Positions 58,396 to 64,000 of a DNA stretch of 64,000 nucleotides are shown one piece after another. Position 1 is the first letter of the stretch; the number at the start of each line of letters is the position of its first letter. Below the pieces are notes generated by a model. It did no database searches and was not told the origin of the DNA. It saw nothing but the letters and a program-made list of their open reading frames with translations. The stretch is from Priapulus caudatus (taxonomy: Eukaryota). The position numbers and the translations under genes are program-made. The DNA lies in NCBI RefSeq assembly GCF_000485595.1, contig NW_014577084.1:222575-286574 (forward strand). The letters run 5' to 3'.

Positions 58396-61300
58396 TTATA
58401 AGGCATATAGGTGTAGCATTTAGCATACATAGGCCTACATATAATACTAATTACTATATACAATTAATATATAGCATATTATTATTAATATTATTGCCAA
58501 CCAGGCTGTGTGAATAACGTCAATATACTACTAGTACTACGGTACTAGTACTTAGGCTATTCTATATATATATATGAATCGATAGATGAAAGATTAGATG
58601 ATGTTGATAAAAACGTTTATCTGGACGCAAGAAATTATTCGGTCGCAAAGGTAAATATGAGCATATGTCTAGCATAGCATTAATATAGCCTACAATATTA
58701 GCAATAATATAGCATATATAATGATATAGGGCAATAATATAGCATATATAATGATATACGAGCATATAGCATATAAACCCAGACACGCACAAGCAGCACC
58801 AGGCCAATATTGGCCCAATATCGGTTAATCTTGGACCAATAATATTGGCCTGAACATCTTGGCCAATATCGGCCTGACCCCACGGCTTGGCACTTTGGCC
58901 TGACATCGGGTTAACTGGCTGCAGGTTTGGCAGAATAATGGCATGGGGCTTAAAATGATGTACACTTTTAACTTGAATATCAGTGTGTGGGCTGGGCATT
59001 TTTTGAATGAAAAAGATTCGTACTATAATTATTCTGGTTTTCACCAATAAAAATTTATTAAATGTCGAAATGCATATTCTAAACATTTGAGGGCATAACA
59101 TTGCTCGTCCGCGACGCGCCAACAAGACGTCGGGCCTGCGATGGCACGCGGTTACCGTCGCCCGCGGGACTGTCTGTAGCAGGGTGAAGCCATGTTGGAG
59201 CCGTCTTGGCTCCACTTCTCCTCTGGAGCGTGCCATGTTGCCAATGTGTAGCACGGCCAGCACTGCGCAAACACGCGGCGACTGCGGGTAGGCGTCGCCA
59301 CCGGAGCCTGGCCGCTTTCCACTCGGCAGCACGCAAGCGTCAGGCGGGCCAGGAACACACGCGACGCACTGCGTAGGGTGTCTCGCGAGCACATGCGCCG
59401 GACTCGAGAGCGACTCGAGCACAACCACGGCGAGCGGAAGACAGACCCAGCATCCGCGCAGCGATCGGCCACGAGCGGTGTTGCAGCGTACGGCGCCATG
59501 CAGACGCGCAGACGAACATGCCGTGTGTCGCAGCCAACGTTGTCGGGCGGAGACCGGAAAGGCGGCCGGAGCTTGCCGACGATGCACGATGACGGCAGTT
59601 TTATCCTGCTCACTCACATCAAGACTCGTCAGGGACGATGCTGCTGCTGCGCCTCTCCCGACTACTGTCTTCCACACGCTGGGCGGCCGTTCTTCGCGCA
59701 CAAAACGCCGGACGCATTTGCGGCAGAACTGCTTCATCAGCGTGAATCGGCGTGGTTCCGGGCAGCTTCGAGGGTTTGAACTCTTCTTAGACGCGCGTCG
59801 CGCTGGTCGGCACCGTCACTCTCTTGAGGATTTCGAGGAGACAGCGCTCGTCGACCTTCGCGGTCATTTCGCTGACATGTCCACGCAGGGATCTCCCGCT
59901 TGTCCTAACTTCGCGTCTCATCGCCGCGCCTCAAGCGCGGCGAGCTGTCGCCGGAGACGGCGTTGGCTGCGCAGGGCCTCTGCATGATCTCTGTGGCGCA
60001 GCCCAATGCGACTTGCCTGCACGTACGTTGGAAAGTGTCCGATCACCGACCGTCAAAGTGCACGCGAGACCGCTGAAATTTAAAATTAACCAGACTCGCG
60101 AAATGTCCCGTGGACAGGTCGCCGAATTTGTGAAATACATGTATGTGAAAAATATGGGGCGTATACAGTATATATCCCCCTTGTGTGATCTCCGTTAATT
60201 GGAATGCCTCAAATACATCCTCGGTCAGTTAACCACGGTCTAAGATTCGATCAACCACTGGATGTGACGGCTTGGATTGAACCGTCATGTGGTTGTGTGG
60301 TATGAAAGAAGGAAGAGCATAGAATCGACAACGAGATAATTACTTTATGGCATTCGCCAATCCAAATCAGACGCGTTAATCAAAGAAGATAACATCACAC
60401 TAAATACACTTACATAGGTGGCGCGGATCGCTCCTTCATAATATAGGTGGATCTACATGACACAATAGAAGCGTGACCGCAGTAAGGGCGCGGCTTAAAA
60501 GGAACGGCCGAACGAGATGAGTCGCGATGAAACCCAAAAGCAAAAATGGCGGCGAAGTCGTGATGGAAATCCATCGAAATCTAACTAACGTCGTTGATTA
60601 AAATCCGCAATACCTTAGCTAAAGTCGGCTGATGTCCGTGGCAAGCTTAAATCCATTTGAAATCTCGTTAAGAACTGTGATTGAGTGGCGTAGAGCATGG
60701 TTGCTAACGCCCCGAGATGTGGGAATGCTCCGTGGTGCCAGCGGAAACGAATTCATCAAGTAGGCCTGGGTTGAGCCCTCAGCCATCTACTGCCGTCCGG
60801 TGGACGGTCGACGACGGGAGAGCCAGTTAGTACAGTTGAGTATCACAACACGGCACACACCAAAATTACAATGTGGTGTAACGCTAAATTTGGTTTAGCA
60901 CATTTAATTTTAGGAAAGCATGGCATGACAACAATACAACTTTTTACAAGTAGCGCTAGCTCCAAGAAACGTCTTGCTTAGGGTTAGAAGATAGACAATG
61001 CGGTCGCACAGCCTTGTCGGGCTTAGAGGCATGTACCATAGGCGATCTAGTGGTCAGGCCTACGCTAACACGACACAACATACCTAGATACAATAATGTA
61101 ACCCAAACCCAAGAGGATACCCTATCCTCTTGGGTTTGGGTTACATTATTGTATCTAACAACATACCCAGCACGGCGCAGGGGCTATGTCCGCGAGTGAC
61201 ACGCTATATTAATTATATATAGTAATTAGTATTATATGTAGGCCTATGTATGCTAAATGCTACACCTATATGCCTTAAATAAAATAAATACTATAATATA

Positions 61301-61790
61301 TATATATATAGTAATATAGATGCTTTCAATGTTTCAATCCATTTTCATCATGTTCATCATCTTGGTTTGGTTTCGATAGCGAATGGTAACAAGAATTATT
61401 ATAAATTGCGTTGAATAGGCTTCCGGCTACCTACACGTGTCTCGTGAGACGTCAACGGTAAAAATTATTTTTTCGTGTATTTTCTGCGTTCCTTTAGCAC
61501 TCCATACATGTATCATATAGTACATATCCCATATTTATATAGATCTCTTAAGATCTGGATCAACAGTTTTTTGTTCAATGCTTAATTTTGAATAATAGAA
61601 TAAAGTCGCCCCCCCCCCGCGCCCTTTCTTTTTATTTCATATTGAAATGTGTGGGGGCAGCAGCCGCGGCAAGATCAGGCTTTAGCAGAGGTGGATTGCG
61701 AAGAGATGGCGCTCTGGCGTCACTGTCATAGGCCATGCCCTATCCAGATTATGATTATAGAGAGTCAGTGGTTTGACATTGTTTTTGATG
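57900..61790. repeat. Large inverted repeat: ~57900-58474 versus ~61203-61790
   Basis: aggcatataggtgtagcatttagcatacataggcctacatataatactaattac (58401-58454) is the reverse complement of 61222-61275; homology extends outward with indels. Confidence 0.75.
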
Positions 61791-62249
61791 AGTTAACCGA
61801 TCGTGACCTGGCATTCTTGGATCATCCGGTTTAAGCGATTTGGATCACATTGCGAAAGGCTTGGAATTTAATTCTTTACATGTAAGACATTTATTACTCT
61901 CTTTATGATGATGAAACTAGTCATTACACACGCATATGTACATTATGTTATATTAAGCGGGATAGTAGCTTTCAAAGATTTAGCGGGATCAGGGAGAACG
62001 AGAATAGTGTGAGGCGGGTGTACTGGCGAAGATGTATTTAGTTACTTTACGTAGCATGTGTGGGCGTGCGTGAGTGTGAATGGTGTTGTGGCGCAGCGAG
62101 TGCGCGTGCGCGTGCGTGAGTGTGTGTGCGTGTTGCGTGTCGGCGTGCGCGGCGGCGTGTGGTTGTGTGTGTGAGAGAGTGGTAGTGTGATGTTGGCCGA
62201 AAATATAGAAGCGTTTGTGACTTNNNNNNNNNNNNNNNNNNNNNNNNNC

Positions 62250-63095
62250 ATACGAATGTAACAAGAATTATTCATAATTGGTTGAATAGGCTCCGACTAC
62301 CTACACGGTGTCTCGTGAGACGCTCAACGTAAAAATGTAATTTTTCGTGTATTTTCTGGGTTCCTTTAGCTCCATGAATGTATCATATATACATATCCAT
62401 ATTTATATAATCTCTTAAGATCGGATCAACAGTTTTTTGTTTCATGCTTGAATTTTGAATAATAGAATAAGTCCCCCCCCACCCCCCCCGCCCCCGTTTC
62501 TTTTTATTATTCATTTGAAATGTTGTGGGGCAGCAGACCGCAGGCTAAGATTCAGCTTTAGCAGAGGTGGTTCGAAGATGGCGCTCATGGCGTCACTGTC
62601 ATAGGCCATCCCTATCCAGATTATGTATTTAGAGAGATCAGTGGTTTGACATTGTTTTGATGAGCTTAAGCCGATCGTGACCCTGGCATTCTTGGATCAT
62701 CCGGTTAAAGCGATTTGGATCACACTGCGAAAGGGCTTGGAATTGTAATTTTCATTGGTAAGCATTTATTACTCTCTTTATGATGATGAACTAGTCATTA
62801 CACACGCATATGTACATTATGTTATATTAAGCGGGATATAGCTTTCAAAATTTAGGGATCAGGCGAGAACGAGAATAGGTGAGGCGGGTGTACTGGCAAG
62901 AGATGTATTTAGTTAACTTTACGTACATGTGGGCGTGCGTGGAGTGTGAATGATGTTGTGGCGCAGCGTGCGCGTGCGCGTGCGTGAGGTGTGTGGTGCG
63001 TGTGCGTGTCGCGTGCGCGCGCGGCGTGTGGTTGGTGTGTGTTAGGAGTGTGTAGTCGTTGTGTTGGCCGAAAATAATAGAAGCGGTTGCTGACT
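62250..63095 (+). repeat. Direct noisy duplicate of ~61377-62222 across an N-gap
   Basis: Colinear sequence on either side of the gap at 62224-62248. Confidence 0.8.
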
Positions 63096-64000
63096 TGTAT
63101 TTGTGCATCACGCGCAAACATACGGCCTCACTGCCGACTGCTGTTCACATTTATCAGGATGATTGCCATATGAATTCATGCCATCTGATACTCATAGAAA
63201 TTTCAAGACGATTGATATGCAGCAATAAACAGCTTTTCAATTTTACATTACATATAATTTCATCTTACTATTGCGGATCTGCAATTTATTATAGCAGTGG
63301 ACGTTACTGAACGAATTATCTGGTAATTTACGACGGTTAGTGCGATAGTATATAGGCCTACATTATAACTTGTTAATTCCAGGGCTTGTCGCTGCAGCCA
63401 CAGTTAGGCAGAGGGGGGGGGGGGGCAAGGGTGGCATTTTCCCTCCAAATAAATGTAGGTATATACATAATTTACTGGTTGAATTGGGCAGTCACCTTCC
63501 TAGAAACAAATAACACCACAGTGAGTTGGCTACGTGCCTGATTGCAAGAGTGGATGTACGTCAGCTCTCATTTTACGGCATATATAATATACCTCCATAG
63601 GCAGGGGCTCTGGCGTGGAGGTTATGGTTTCACCGGCGTTTGGGGTTTTTTTCTTGGAGTGTTTGGTTTGTGGTTTGATTGTGTTACCATGGCACCACGT
63701 TATCAGCTTCACTTCCGCTAGGTTGCGCTGGGCTGCCTAGACTTACAAATACAACGCAACCACAGGCTAAGGGGCAACCACAGTCCTCCCCCACCTGCAT
63801 GCTCGGCAACAACGATAATCCGGATCCAATTAATTAGGTTTAATTAATTACATTAATTAATTTTCCAGCTAAGTATCGATTAATTCATTACATTAATTAA
63901 TAAAAAATTTCACATTGAGAGAATTCAGCTGCCTTGGCGGAGGTCTGTGCTCTTCGAGTGCTCTAGTTTATAGATAGTATGACATAGACTTCAGTCTGAT

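Noticed and set aside
58562..59737. 391-aa minus-strand ORF
   Set aside because: No recognisable domain; it runs from GC-rich sequence into AT-rich tandem repeats, so it is probably a chance ORF.

Overview
Intron-rich animal (invertebrate-like) genomic DNA from a draft assembly with N-gaps and several noisy, indel-rich stretches that duplicate neighbouring clean sequence, as expected from raw long-read gap filling. Three protein-coding genes are supported. (1) A + strand membrane-anchored zona pellucida (ZP) domain protein with a signal peptide, a long Gly/Tyr/Asn- and Gln/Pro-rich region, an RRKR furin site and a TM helix; it is split into 1514-2598 and 11030-13931, with a noisy duplicate between. 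(2) PSMD9, the proteasome chaperone p27/Nas2, on the - strand (6 exons, 19471-22928). (3) ASCC3, a dual-cassette Ski2-like helicase, on the + strand (about 41 coding exons, 25374-48568+), head-to-head with PSMD9. The rest is MITEs, satellites, palindromes and (CT)n/(GA)n tracts. The most notable points are: a stop-free in-frame GC-AG first intron in ASCC3; a 93-bp frame-preserving tandem array of the ASCC3 C-terminus including its stop codon; recurrent duplications of splice junctions, one forming a candidate 21-nt microexon; and an intact hAT MITE resembling mammalian Charlie4z. No CRISPR array, rRNA or tRNA was found, and I cannot claim a wholly new system.
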